Part shown: one piece after another, positions 21,999 through 31,851 of the stretch
Position numbering within the stretch: the first letter of the stretch is position 1
Layout: every line of letters begins with the position of its first letter
DNA from: Armatimonadota bacterium
GTDB lineage: Bacteria; Armatimonadota; UBA5829; DTLH01
Assembly: GCA_039679675.1 (NCBI GenBank)
Contig: JBDKUN010000057.1
Location: 1 to 37,460, forward strand
Direction of reading: 5' to 3'
Length of the DNA: 37,460 nucleotides
Translations under genes and position numbers: made by a program
Notes under the pieces: generated by a model
Seen by the model: the letters and a program-made list of their open reading frames with translations, nothing else
What the model was told of the DNA's origin: nothing
Database searches by the model: none

Positions 21999-22015
21999 TT
22001 CTTTCAACTGAACAA

Positions 22016-24892
22016 ATGACTACCCATGACCGCATAGAACGCGCACTGAAGGAACGCATCAAAGGCGAAGTGAGGTTCGATTATACCTCACGGCTTTTGT
22101 ACAGCACGGATGCATCCAATTACCAGTTTATGCCTATAGGCGTGGTAATCCCGAAAGATGCGGAGGATGTGCTTCGGGCTGTCGAAATCGCTTCAGAAGA
22201 GTGCGTCCCAATCACTCCGCGCGGGGCAGGCACAAGCCTTGCCGGTCAATCGGTAGGGGAGTCGCTCATAATCGACTTCTCGAAGTATATGGACAGGATA
22301 ATCGAGCTCGACCCTGAGCGGAAAATCGCCAGGGTCGAGCCTGGAGTCCGCCTGCTTCAACTGAACCAGGCGCTGAGGCGTTATAACCTCACCCTCGGCC
22401 CCGATCCTGCCACGCAGAACAGGTGCAACATCGGCGGGATGATCGCAAACAACTCGAGCGGCTCCCACTCGCTCGTCTACGGCAAGACCGGCGACCACGT
22501 TTCAGGGATGAAGTGCATTCTATCAGACGGAACGGTAGTCGATTTCGGCCCGAAGACGCCCGAAGAGATAGAACTGCTTGCCAAAAGCTGCGATAGAACC
22601 GGCCTGATAGCATCGAAGGTGCTCGATCTCATCGCTCCTCACAGGGCTGAGATAAATGCGAGATACCCGAAAATCCCGCGCAGGGTTTCCGGGTACAACT
22701 TCGATACTGTCCTCGCGTCTGAAAAATTCAACCTCTCGGACCTTGTTACAGGCTCGGAAGGGACGCTTGCCATAATGACCGAGGCGGAAGTCACGCTCGC
22801 GCACCTGCCGTCGAAGAAAGGTCTGGCGCTTTTGGAGTTCCCGGACAGGTTCTCCGCACTCGACTCCGTCCCGGCGCTCCTTCAGACTAACACCCGCGCG
22901 CTAGAGATGATCGACTACAGGCTACTTGAGATGGCGCGGCAGTCACCTGAGCACAAGGACAAGATGTCTATGGTCGATCCAGAGACGCAGGGAGTGCTGA
23001 TACTCGAGTTCGGCGGCGACGAAGAAGACCCGATTCATGCAGACCTGGAAGCGCTCAAAAAACTCTCGAAAGATCTTCCGGGCAGTCCCAAGTGCCTCAC
23101 CGTTACGGATGATGCCGCGCAGGAGGCCGTCTGGCAGGTGCGGGAGGCCGGGCTCGGGCTCCTCTCAAGAAGAGTGGGAGAGGTCAAATCGGTCGAGTTC
23201 GTGGAGGACACCGCCATTCCGCCGGACCGGCTGGGCGAGTACGTCCGCCGAGCAGAAGAGATTTTTACAAAAAACGGCACAAGGTCGGCCATATACGGCC
23301 ATGCGGGGCAGGGATGCCTGCACATTAGGCTCGATATGACGCTGAAGACTGCAGAAGGCGTTGCCCAGATGCGCGCTATTGCAGAAGAGATTTCCGATCT
23401 CGTCATAGAGTTCGGCGGGGTCTACTCAGGCGAGCATGGCGACGGCATCTCCAGAGCTGAGTTCCTTCCCAAGCTTTACGGCAAGAACATAATGGACCTC
23501 CACCGGGAGGTAAAGAGGGTCTTCGATCCAGCAGGGATTATGAACCCCGGCAAGATCATCGACCCGCTCCCGATGGATAAAAACCTCAAGTTCGGGCCGG
23601 ACTACTCGGCCAAATCTCCCGCTACATACTTCGATTTCAGCTCGCAGAAAGGGTTTGCGCTTGCTGTAGAGTCCTGCAACGGCGAAGGGACCTGTAGAAA
23701 GATCGACAGCGGCCTGATGTGCCCGAGCTATATGGTCACGATGGAGGAGATGCACTCCGCCCGCGCCCGTGCAAATGCGCTCAGGGAAGCGCTAAAAGGC
23801 AATTTTGACGGGATGGGGGATAAGCGGGTGCTCGAAGTCCTTGATCTATGCGTTGCGTGCAAGGGCTGCAAGCGCGAATGCCCCATCGGGGTCGATATGG
23901 CGAAGTACAAGGCCGAGTATCTGGCCCAGTACTACGACATCCACGGCATACCGGCGAAGATCAGGGCTTATGGCTACATCGATTTCCTCGCCGCGATAGG
24001 CTCGATTGCGCCGTGGTTTGCCAACTGGATGACTTCCGGGCCGTTTGAAGGGCTGATAAAGCACATTGCCGGAGTCCACCCGGATAGAAAGCTGCCGACG
24101 CTTGCAAAACGGAGTTTCAGGAAAGAATTCGCCCGCAACCACGTCAAAAACGCAGATAAACCGCCCGTAATTCTGCTCGATGACGCGTTCAACAGCTATT
24201 TCAAGCCTGAAACGCTTATGGCCGGGGTTGAGGTGCTTGAGCGTGCCGGTTTTGATGTGACTTTGCCTCCAAAACCCGTATCATGCGCTCGCGCGTTCAT
24301 CTCAAAAGGGATGTTGAAGCATGCCCGAAAAGCGCAGGGACATTTGATAGATGTTCTCGCGCCGATGGTGGAGCAGGGGATGAAGATAGTCGGGCTGGAG
24401 CCAAGCGAGGTGCTGACTCTCAGGGATGAGATGCCGTGTTTAGTTAAGGACAAGTGCGCAAATACCGTCGCGGATGCTGCTTTTACGCTTGAAGAATTCC
24501 TTGTGGAGTATGCGAAGGATTACCGCCCCGGCAGGCTGGAAGGGCACGCATTGGTCCACGGACACTGCCACCAGAAGGCCGTTACGGGCATCGAACCACT
24601 GAAAGAGATTTTGAGCCGCGTGGACGGTCTGAAATTTACTATTCTGGACTCCGGCTGCTGCGGGATGGCAGGCGCATTCGGCTACGAAAAAGAACATTAT
24701 GAAATATCGCGCCTCATCGGCGAGCGCGTGCTCCTTCCCGCCGTAAGATCGCTTCCGCCTGAAGATTACGTCGTCGCCGATGGGTTCTCCTGCCGCTCCC
24801 AGATCGCCGACTTCTGCAACGGGCGAAAAGCCCTCCACATAGCCGAGCTTCTTATGATGGCAGACATTGACAGCATCGCCATAAATATGTAA
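22016..24892 (+). CDS. FAD-binding / 4Fe-4S / CCG-domain oxidoreductase (GlcD/GlcF-like fusion, D-2-hydroxyacid dehydrogenase type)
   Basis: PRGAGTSLAGQ, GGMIANNSSG, GSEGTL, SGEHGDG, CNGEGTC...MCPSY, CVACKGCKRECP, HGHCHQ, GCCGMAG. Confidence 0.9.
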   Translation: MTTHDRIERALKERIKGEVRFDYTSRLLYSTDASNYQFMPIGVVIPKDAEDVLRAVEIASEECVPITPRGAGTSLAGQSVGESLIIDFSKYMDRIIELDPERKIARVEPGVRLLQLNQALRRYNLTLGPDPATQNRCNIGGMIANNSSGSHSLVYGKTGDHVSGMKCILSDGTVVDFGPKTPEEIELLAKSCDRTGLIASKVLDLIAPHRAEINARYPKIPRRVSGYNFDTVLASEKFNLSDLVTGSEGTLAIMTEAEVTLAHLPSKKGLALLEFPDRFSALDSVPALLQTNTRALEMIDYRLLEMARQSPEHKDKMSMVDPETQGVLILEFGGDEEDPIHADLEALKKLSKDLPGSPKCLTVTDDAAQEAVWQVREAGLGLLSRRVGEVKSVEFVEDTAIPPDRLGEYVRRAEEIFTKNGTRSAIYGHAGQGCLHIRLDMTLKTAEGVAQMRAIAEEISDLVIEFGGVYSGEHGDGISRAEFLPKLYGKNIMDLHREVKRVFDPAGIMNPGKIIDPLPMDKNLKFGPDYSAKSPATYFDFSSQKGFALAVESCNGEGTCRKIDSGLMCPSYMVTMEEMHSARARANALREALKGNFDGMGDKRVLEVLDLCVACKGCKRECPIGVDMAKYKAEYLAQYYDIHGIPAKIRAYGYIDFLAAIGSIAPWFANWMTSGPFEGLIKHIAGVHPDRKLPTLAKRSFRKEFARNHVKNADKPPVILLDDAFNSYFKPETLMAGVEVLERAGFDVTLPPKPVSCARAFISKGMLKHARKAQGHLIDVLAPMVEQGMKIVGLEPSEVLTLRDEMPCLVKDKCANTVADAAFTLEEFLVEYAKDYRPGRLEGHALVHGHCHQKAVTGIEPLKEILSRVDGLKFTILDSGCCGMAGAFGYEKEHYEISRLIGERVLLPAVRSLPPEDYVVADGFSCRSQIADFCNGRKALHIAELLMMADIDSIAINM

Positions 24893-24936
24893 TATACCAG
24901 CCAGACATACACTTAATAGCAAAGAGGTGGAGTGTT

Positions 24937-25695
24937 GTGTTCCGGCTGCGGCGTTCTTTATCAGGATTTTCACTTGTAGAGCTCCTTATTGTAATCGTTG
25001 TGATAGCTATCCTGGCAGGTATCCTGATGCCGGTCATGATCAGCACGAAACAGGCAGCGAGAAAGAGCAAATGTGCATCCAATCTCCAGCAGTTGGGACG
25101 GGCGTTCAGCCTCTATGTTTCGGACTGGAGCGGTGCCTATCCGTCGCCCGGAGGAGTAGTCGGCGACTACAACTACTGGGCTCAATCGGGAAAAGGAGGG
25201 CTGGTGAACTACGTCGGCAGCAACGGCGGCCTTAATACCGTCTGGTGCTGCCCGGAACTGCCCCGCTGGGAGAGCCGCTATTCTGCCCGGACTTACTGTA
25301 TGAACTCCTACCTCCGCGAACCACCTGATGTCAGCTATCCCCAATGTATCGGCATCTTCGACGGCTGCCGCGAGAGCAAGATCGAAGCACCAAGAAAGAC
25401 TATATTGCTCTTTGAAGGGATGCCGGTAACCAAGGATTGGCCGGAAGGGCAGGATTATATCTTCCGCTGCGGTGACTGGGAGTGTGTAAGAGGTTGGGCG
25501 CTTCGGGAGATGCCCCGGCAGCACACGATGAACTCCTGGAAATCCTGGCATGGCGAGAAAAATAATTATCTATACTGCGACGGTCACATCCAGTCATTCA
25601 AACCGAACAAATATCCAAACAGGCCGCCGTTCAGCATACAAAACGAGTGGTGGGTGGAAAAAAGCAAAATGGCATGCCGGTATGGTGGATGGTAA
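24937..25695 (+). CDS. Prepilin-type N-terminal cleavage/methylation protein (DUF1559-like, H-X9-DG)
   Basis: SG|FSLVELLIVIVVIAILAG, ARKSKCASNLQQLG, C-terminal HGEKNNYLYCDGH. Confidence 0.88.
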   Translation: MFRLRRSLSGFSLVELLIVIVVIAILAGILMPVMISTKQAARKSKCASNLQQLGRAFSLYVSDWSGAYPSPGGVVGDYNYWAQSGKGGLVNYVGSNGGLNTVWCCPELPRWESRYSARTYCMNSYLREPPDVSYPQCIGIFDGCRESKIEAPRKTILLFEGMPVTKDWPEGQDYIFRCGDWECVRGWALREMPRQHTMNSWKSWHGEKNNYLYCDGHIQSFKPNKYPNRPPFSIQNEWWVEKSKMACRYGGW

Positions 25696-25717
25696 GCCAA
25701 AAAAACTAATGAAAGCA

Positions 25718-25746
25718 TTGACAGCCAGCCATTATCATGGTATATA
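25718..25746 (+). promoter_or_regulatory. Putative sigma70 promoter about 290 bp upstream of the giant secreted protein
   Basis: TTGACA-N17-TATATA with a TGn extension. Confidence 0.55.
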
Positions 25747-25920
25747 CACATTACTTAGCTGACATTTTCGCAATTTCCGCTTGCTGACATAGCTGTGTAT
25801 TATTACCGCACAGTCATAATCATAAAGCTAAATAGAATTCCTTTGAGTAATTGATAAGTCTTAACAAGAAGACAGATATAAGAATATTCCGTAAAATGTA
25901 GTGGTTGGGCGGAACAAATG

Positions 25921-25997
25921 CCTGAGATTGACCGTAACCTGAGCTTCTCATGAAGAGGTAGGGAAGAGGCAACCTCAGGGACGGCTGCAGAAGCCGT
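25921..25997 (+). promoter_or_regulatory. Candidate structured 5' leader
   Basis: CCTGAGaTTG(25921-30)/CAAcCTCAGG(25970-79), inner ACCT..CTTC/GAAG-AGGT, and the hairpin ACGGCT/AGCCGT(25981-97). Confidence 0.35.
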
Positions 25998-26032
25998 AGA
26001 TTGTGATATTAAAAGAGGAGGCGAAAGGTAAA

Positions 26033-29000
26033 ATGCGTAGAAATCTACGTTCCTCAGCGTACAAGCTTACGCTGATCGCATCGATGATGCTGGTTCTCGT
26101 CCTCTGTGCAGGGGTGTCATTTGCACAGACAGAATGGAGCCAGTGGAATTATCATGTCGATGTCGATGTAAACACCGGACAGTATGCAAGAACGGCAACT
26201 CCGGTGGAACTTCAGATCAACTTCACGAACTATCTTCCAGCAGGAAAAACATTTGATGTAAACTCAGTAAGAGTGGCTGAGTTTGCAGACAGTGGTAGAA
26301 ACGGCGCACCGGTAGAAGTAGTCAGCCAGTTTGATACAGCTACCGGGTTCGATGCAGCCACAAATGCATCGGGAGAGGTTGTATGGATCCTGAGAGGGGA
26401 TTACAGCCATCCTAATGTCACATTGGATGCATCACTAAACCCTGCAGGAACAAAAAGATTCTATAGGGTCTATTTTGATGACACCAATAATACGAAGTCA
26501 GCTCCTGGTTATACAGGCAATGCTGTTCTTGAAGTATCTCCTGATGCTGAGTGGACTACATCCGGGTCGACTCCGCATATACAGTCGATAGGCAACTATG
26601 CGGTCTGGTATGGCTTCGATACAGGTCACTTGTTCCAGATGGACAACAGGCGGACTGCTACTACCAACAACATGATAGCAAGCTTGGCAACAGGCAATGA
26701 CTGGGCTGCAGGGCTGTTTTACATTGAGACCTACGATACTGGGAAGGGAACCAGTTCCTGCAACGGCACCAAAAATGCCTTAACGATTTCCGCAAACAGG
26801 GCTGTCAGAGCTACTGTCACCGTTAAGAAGACTGCTACAGACGGTAGCGCTGTTCGTGTTTACGACATAGTGCGCAAGTTCTATGCGGGAGTCCCCTACT
26901 TCAAGGACGAAGTGAAGCTGTCAAGGAGCGATAGCTCAACCAGGGACTTTTACCTGGAAGCAGGCGTAAGGTATAACTGGAGTTCCAATGCTCCGTATAG
27001 GCCATATGTCGGAATAGGCCAAACACCTGATCCTGTCACAGGCGGTAATACAGCTTACAGTGCGATTATCGACTATGATGGCACCAAGGCAGGTATGGCA
27101 ATTCTGGGTTCCGCAGACTACATGCCATCCAGGCTTGGAGAAGCAACCAATGGAACAAACGGCCTGCGTGATATGCACAAGAGCTCGACCGAGAACCGCT
27201 ACTGGAGGAACATGGGTAGCCCGAACTATCCCGTGACCATAACACACGGTGTTGCTCTGCACACGGGAATGACCGAGGCTGATGCAATAACAAGTACTAC
27301 TGAATGCATGGAAGACTACGGCTGCCCGGTCTCGATTATGGTTGCCGGCACAGGCTCCATAAGCGGCAAAGTAGTCGATACTCTTGATAATACCAAGCCG
27401 GTAAGAGGGGCTATGGTAAGGTTATGGGTAAACAATACTCTCATTGGCAAGACCTATGCATCAGTGCTTGGTGACTTTACGTTCTCAAACGTTCCGGCAG
27501 GCGTTGCAAAGATCAGCGTCAAGTGCGATGAGTATGAGACAAAAACAGTAGACTTGGGCACAGTCACAGCCGGTAATCTTACAAACGGCAGTGTCGATCT
27601 TCAGCCTATAATTGTGGCGGGAGCTGCAGTCCCTAATTGGATGTGGCTGACAACAGGATGGAAGATTGCCCTGGATACACTGATAAGTGGTGCTGTTACA
27701 GACGGTACGGATGCAACATTTACCAAGCTGTACCCGGACTATGATGACTCATCTCTCCCAAGCATAGATGTTCCGGGGACTTCCACGACAACATCGGATT
27801 GGGATGATCTTCAGTCTGCGGACAATGTCTATGGCATTTATCGAAATACTGTCAACTTGCCTGATTCGTGGGCAGGTAAGAATCTGAGGCTCAGGAACTA
27901 CATCGTGGACGATGTCGCCGCGGTATATTTCAACGGCGAATACATCGGCCAGCTAGGCACATTCCCGAATAGAACTAACATAAGGGATACGTCTGCTGCT
28001 AATGGTTATTTGGGCAGCCGCTATGGGTATCCGAACGATTTCATCATACCGGGAAGATGGGTGCATGCCGGTAATAACGTGCTTGCAATCAAGGTATTTG
28101 ATGGCGGCGGCGGTGGTGGAATAGCCGGAACTGCTCCGCTTCTTGAGGTCGCGCCTTCAATGGCCGCAGTGACAGTAAATGTCACAGGACCTCACGACTA
28201 CGGTAATACTCCAAGTCCTATAGAGGGAGCGACAGTAAAGATCGTCGGTGCTGCATCCGGTACGACGGATGAAAATGGTAATTGCACGTTCGGTACAATT
28301 CCTGGTGACAACTATACCATAACAGTCACCCATCCCAACTATGGGACAAAGACACTTACGAATGTCGAGATCCCTGAGAGCGGATCAATCACTATCCCGG
28401 TTGAATACAATATTTTAAACCCAGTCGTGACAGTAAATGTCTCAGGACCTCAGACCTACAACGGACCCAAGCTTCCTATCGAAGGAGCCAATGTATCGTT
28501 CGGCGGATCATTGGGTACGACAGATGCAAATGGTAACTGCACATACGACAAGACGATTGCCCCCGGCTTCTACACCGTAACAGTCAACCATCCCAACTAT
28601 GGGACAAAGACCCTTACGAATGTCGAAGTCACGGCAACCCCATCGGTCACTGTTCCTGTTGAATATGATACATTCTTCTGCAAGGTAACAGGCGCAGTCA
28701 CGAAGAATAATGCGCCGCTTGCCAATGCCCGTGTAGTTATCACCAATGGTGATACATACGGTACGGCTATAACAGACGCTAATGGTGCATATACCATAAC
28801 AGGCGTTAAGGCTGGAGATGCATTACTCTCTGCCAACGCGTTGAAGGCTGCTCCGGTAGTGGATAAACCGGTTCAGGTATATGCAATGCAGGTAGCCCTG
28901 GATAATGTCGACCTAGTGTATGGCATCACTCCTACATATGATGACTTCTCAGGAACCGCTCTCGATGAGAGCAAGTGGGGATTCTACAATATATCCCTAA

Positions 29001-30814
29001 CCGATCCGCTGTCAGGTAATCCTTCAACAGCTACAGTAGCTAATGGTATACTGACGCTCGGACCTGAGCCAACACGAGGAGGTATCCTGGGCAAAACGGC
29101 AGTCAATACTGGCTGCGGGACATATGAGGTACGGTTAGCTAATAAAGTTGTCGCAGATAGCTATGGAAACCAGGGATTTGCCATAATAGACCCGACCTAT
29201 CCAGGCGGAGACATATATGGCCATGGCGTCTGCCTTGAGCAGCAGAGATGGTTCGCGAAGGTCTTCTTTAAAGGCAACGGTATTGGACAGGTACCGGTAG
29301 ATACATCAAGCGGTGGTCCTGGTTACCCGGTAGTGTTTTCAATCCTTAAGACAGGTGACCACTACGACTTCTATGTGAATGGTAAGTGGTCGTCATATCT
29401 AGGCAAAATGCCTGCAGATCCGAACACAGGTAAGGCATATCTCACAAATAATGCACAGATCTACCTGAATGGATATGAGAGAACTTCTCCGACCAACGGT
29501 CTACAGACTGCCTGCTACTTCGATGAAGTAAAAGCAGGAGCATCGGTACCTGTTACACCGACAACGCTTGCCGGAGCAAGAGCTGCAGGAGACGGCACAC
29601 TCCTTAGCGTCTCAGGCGCAGTAGTAACGGCAAGCTATGACAACTACTTCTTCGTAGAGAACACAGACCGCTCTGCAGGTATAAAGGTTATTTCTACTTC
29701 CAAGCCTGCAGTAGGCAAGGTTGCGTTCATACCAGGATACGTAAATACTGTTGACAATGAAGTTACCATGACGCCGATTAGGAATGCCGATATGGTGTTC
29801 ACTGATGACTCGAACAAGACAGTTCCCCCACCTGTAGCAATAACAGGCAAGGTAGCCGGAGAACTGGACAAGGTCGGAGCTGCTGCACAGGGAATGATTG
29901 TCAAGGTTGCAGGGACCGTAACTGGTCTCCACACCAACACTGACAACAATGTAGACGGTTACTTCCTCGATGACGGAAGCGGAATCGTTGGAGACGGGAC
30001 CCACAAGGGAATCTTCATTGAGATGGATCCTACCTGGGGAACAAACAGCAGCGTAGTAGGCAAGTTCAAGACAATAGTGAGCCCGCTTACAGTAAAGAAG
30101 CTGGAGAACGGCACTGTCCTTCCTGCAGTGAAGGGTGAGATGGAAACAATCCCGACATTCACTGCATATAACGACTGCTGCTGGTCAGATGGCCAGACAA
30201 GCGGCAACATTACTACCTATAGCGTAGGTACAGGCTCTACAGGAGCCTCAACCGGATTCCTTAAAGACTATGTAACAGGAGTTTCATTCCCTGTTACAGC
30301 GACATTCACACCGTCCGGTGATGTAGCTTGTGTAACTGGCGGAGGAGCTAACTGTATAGACGGCTCAGATGCAGCCAATATCTTTGGCGGCAAGGTAGAC
30401 TTCACCGGATACATCAAGTGCAATACGGATACTGCATATGTAGAACTTACCTTCAGCGGGCTTGACCCCAATGGAAGCTATGAGTTTACAACTACAGCAA
30501 ATGCAGGTAGTGGCTTAATGACACCTATGAGATATACCATCTCAGGAGCCTTGAGCTTTACCAACGGAAGCTCTGCTGGTACTGGCTATGATGTAGTAAT
30601 AAGCTCAGATGGTACATACACAGAGTTCGATACGGGCAGCAACACTGGTTATGGCATGTTAGGTAGTCCGGTCACTGGAGGCTATGTAGCCAAATGGACC
30701 GGCATCAAGCCATCTGCAGCAGGCACGTTCACCATAAAGGCGAGCCTGGGGGATAACAACTCAAATCTGTCCGGAGCAGTATTCAGTGGCTTTATGCTGA
30801 AGAAAGCTCAGTAA
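26033..30814 (+). CDS. Giant secreted multidomain beta-rich surface protein (carboxypeptidase-regulatory-like repeats, GH2-N-type sugar-binding module)
   Basis: Signal peptide ending SFA; GSISGKVVD..PVRGA and PIEGATV repeats; VDDVAAVYFNGEYIG...GNNVLAIKVFDGGG module; Thr/Gly-rich. Confidence 0.8.
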   Translation: MRRNLRSSAYKLTLIASMMLVLVLCAGVSFAQTEWSQWNYHVDVDVNTGQYARTATPVELQINFTNYLPAGKTFDVNSVRVAEFADSGRNGAPVEVVSQFDTATGFDAATNASGEVVWILRGDYSHPNVTLDASLNPAGTKRFYRVYFDDTNNTKSAPGYTGNAVLEVSPDAEWTTSGSTPHIQSIGNYAVWYGFDTGHLFQMDNRRTATTNNMIASLATGNDWAAGLFYIETYDTGKGTSSCNGTKNALTISANRAVRATVTVKKTATDGSAVRVYDIVRKFYAGVPYFKDEVKLSRSDSSTRDFYLEAGVRYNWSSNAPYRPYVGIGQTPDPVTGGNTAYSAIIDYDGTKAGMAILGSADYMPSRLGEATNGTNGLRDMHKSSTENRYWRNMGSPNYPVTITHGVALHTGMTEADAITSTTECMEDYGCPVSIMVAGTGSISGKVVDTLDNTKPVRGAMVRLWVNNTLIGKTYASVLGDFTFSNVPAGVAKISVKCDEYETKTVDLGTVTAGNLTNGSVDLQPIIVAGAAVPNWMWLTTGWKIALDTLISGAVTDGTDATFTKLYPDYDDSSLPSIDVPGTSTTTSDWDDLQSADNVYGIYRNTVNLPDSWAGKNLRLRNYIVDDVAAVYFNGEYIGQLGTFPNRTNIRDTSAANGYLGSRYGYPNDFIIPGRWVHAGNNVLAIKVFDGGGGGGIAGTAPLLEVAPSMAAVTVNVTGPHDYGNTPSPIEGATVKIVGAASGTTDENGNCTFGTIPGDNYTITVTHPNYGTKTLTNVEIPESGSITIPVEYNILNPVVTVNVSGPQTYNGPKLPIEGANVSFGGSLGTTDANGNCTYDKTIAPGFYTVTVNHPNYGTKTLTNVEVTATPSVTVPVEYDTFFCKVTGAVTKNNAPLANARVVITNGDTYGTAITDANGAYTITGVKAGDALLSANALKAAPVVDKPVQVYAMQVALDNVDLVYGITPTYDDFSGTALDESKWGFYNISLTDPLSGNPSTATVANGILTLGPEPTRGGILGKTAVNTGCGTYEVRLANKVVADSYGNQGFAIIDPTYPGGDIYGHGVCLEQQRWFAKVFFKGNGIGQVPVDTSSGGPGYPVVFSILKTGDHYDFYVNGKWSSYLGKMPADPNTGKAYLTNNAQIYLNGYERTSPTNGLQTACYFDEVKAGASVPVTPTTLAGARAAGDGTLLSVSGAVVTASYDNYFFVENTDRSAGIKVISTSKPAVGKVAFIPGYVNTVDNEVTMTPIRNADMVFTDDSNKTVPPPVAITGKVAGELDKVGAAAQGMIVKVAGTVTGLHTNTDNNVDGYFLDDGSGIVGDGTHKGIFIEMDPTWGTNSSVVGKFKTIVSPLTVKKLENGTVLPAVKGEMETIPTFTAYNDCCWSDGQTSGNITTYSVGTGSTGASTGFLKDYVTGVSFPVTATFTPSGDVACVTGGGANCIDGSDAANIFGGKVDFTGYIKCNTDTAYVELTFSGLDPNGSYEFTTTANAGSGLMTPMRYTISGALSFTNGSSAGTGYDVVISSDGTYTEFDTGSNTGYGMLGSPVTGGYVAKWTGIKPSAAGTFTIKASLGDNNSNLSGAVFSGFMLKKAQ
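28169..28667 (+). repeat. Intragenic tandem domain duplication (258-bp offset)
   Basis: GTGACAGTAAATGTC at 28169 and 28427; CATCCCAACTATGGGACAAAGAC..TTACGAATGTCGA is shared by both units. Confidence 0.85.
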
Positions 30815-30855
30815 CTACATTAAATGATGCCCTAACAAAGCATCTATCTGTCTAA

Positions 30856-30889
30856 AACGAGCCGCCCGAGGAGACTTGGGCGGCTCGTT
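30856..30889. terminator. Hairpin terminator after the giant protein
   Basis: AACGAGCCGCCCGAG-GAGA-CTTGGGCGGCTCGTT. Confidence 0.7.
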
Positions 30890-30977
30890 ACATATAAAAT
30901 ATTGGCTGTTCAATTAACAAGCAACCGTATACATTGGTGCTGTTATTAACAATCGAGCCCACTCAATGCCGTGAAGT

Positions 30978-31006
30978 TTGACAAGTGGTATGCTGCATGG
31001 TAAACT
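30978..31006 (+). promoter_or_regulatory. sigma70 promoter of hpf
   Basis: TTGACA-N17-TAAACT with a TGn extension. Confidence 0.75.
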
Positions 31007-31069
31007 TTATGGGTTTGGGTAGGCATAACAGGCAGACCTACCATAAGTCGAAAGGAGTTTCCACTTTAG

Positions 31070-31642
31070 ATGCTCGTCACAGTAAAGGGCAAGAACGTGG
31101 AGGTGACGGACGCTCTCAAGCGTTATGCTGAGAAGAAAGTCCAGAAGCTCGAGAAGTACTTCAAAGATATTAAAGAAGCACAGATCACCCAGAGCGTTCA
31201 AAGAAACTGGCATATAGTTGAGGTCCAATTGGAGGGCGACGGAGTTCTTATCCGAGGAGAAGAGCGCTCCGATGATATGTACGCATCCATAGACCTCGTA
31301 GTCGAGAAGCTGGAGCGTCGCGTAAAGAAATTCAAAGGCAAGCTCATGGGCAAATCGACAGAAGAAGGGCCTAAAGGGAAAGAAGCACAGCGTAATCAGC
31401 TTGTTGCTGATGCCATCGGCGTCGAGAATATCGAATCTGCTACAGAAGAGCCGGAATTTACTCCGACTATCGTGCGTATGAAGCGCCATGCTTTCAAACC
31501 TATGCGTCCTGATGAGGCTGCGACCCAGATGGAACTCCTCCATCATGACTTTTTTGTGTTCCTTAACTCAGACACGGAACTTTTAAACGTAGTTTACAAA
31601 AGAAAAGATGGAAACTACGGCTTGATCGAGCCGGATATTTAG
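31070..31642 (+). CDS. hpf: Long-form ribosome hibernation promoting factor (HPF/RaiA)
   Basis: KGKNVEVTDALKRY, DMYASIDLVVEKLERR, C-terminal KPM..DEAATQMELLHHDFFVF..VVYKRKDGNYGLIE. Confidence 0.95.
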   Translation: MLVTVKGKNVEVTDALKRYAEKKVQKLEKYFKDIKEAQITQSVQRNWHIVEVQLEGDGVLIRGEERSDDMYASIDLVVEKLERRVKKFKGKLMGKSTEEGPKGKEAQRNQLVADAIGVENIESATEEPEFTPTIVRMKRHAFKPMRPDEAATQMELLHHDFFVFLNSDTELLNVVYKRKDGNYGLIEPDI

Positions 31643-31677
31643 CGTTTATAAGTCCGAGCTAGAAATATATTAGATTT

Positions 31678-31709
31678 GCCTGCGGGGGTGATTATCCTCG
31701 CGGGCTTTT
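31678..31709 (+). terminator. Intrinsic terminator after hpf
   Basis: GCCTGCGGGG...CCTCGCGGGC followed by TTTT. Confidence 0.65.
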
Positions 31710-31851
31710 CGTGTGAAGTGCCTCCTTTCCAGCGCAGCAAAGGCAGGCAGTAGAATTGTGTCCTGATATACAGACCACCAGCAGGACACCATAAGTTATC
31801 AAACGGAAGGAGGGCATACGCGGAGAAGAACCGCGTATCAAATTATTACTC

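Noticed and set aside
25860..26000. c-di-GMP or c-di-AMP riboswitch
   Set aside because: The conserved cores of those families were not found; kept only as an unassigned structured leader.
28169..28667. DGR template/variable repeat pair
   Set aside because: In-frame adjacent domain duplication, differences not adenine-specific, no reverse transcriptase.
31758..31789. GTGTCCTG-N16-CAGGACAC inverted repeat upstream of fba
   Set aside because: Could be an operator or leader hairpin, but the promoter -35 is weak and no regulator family could be assigned.
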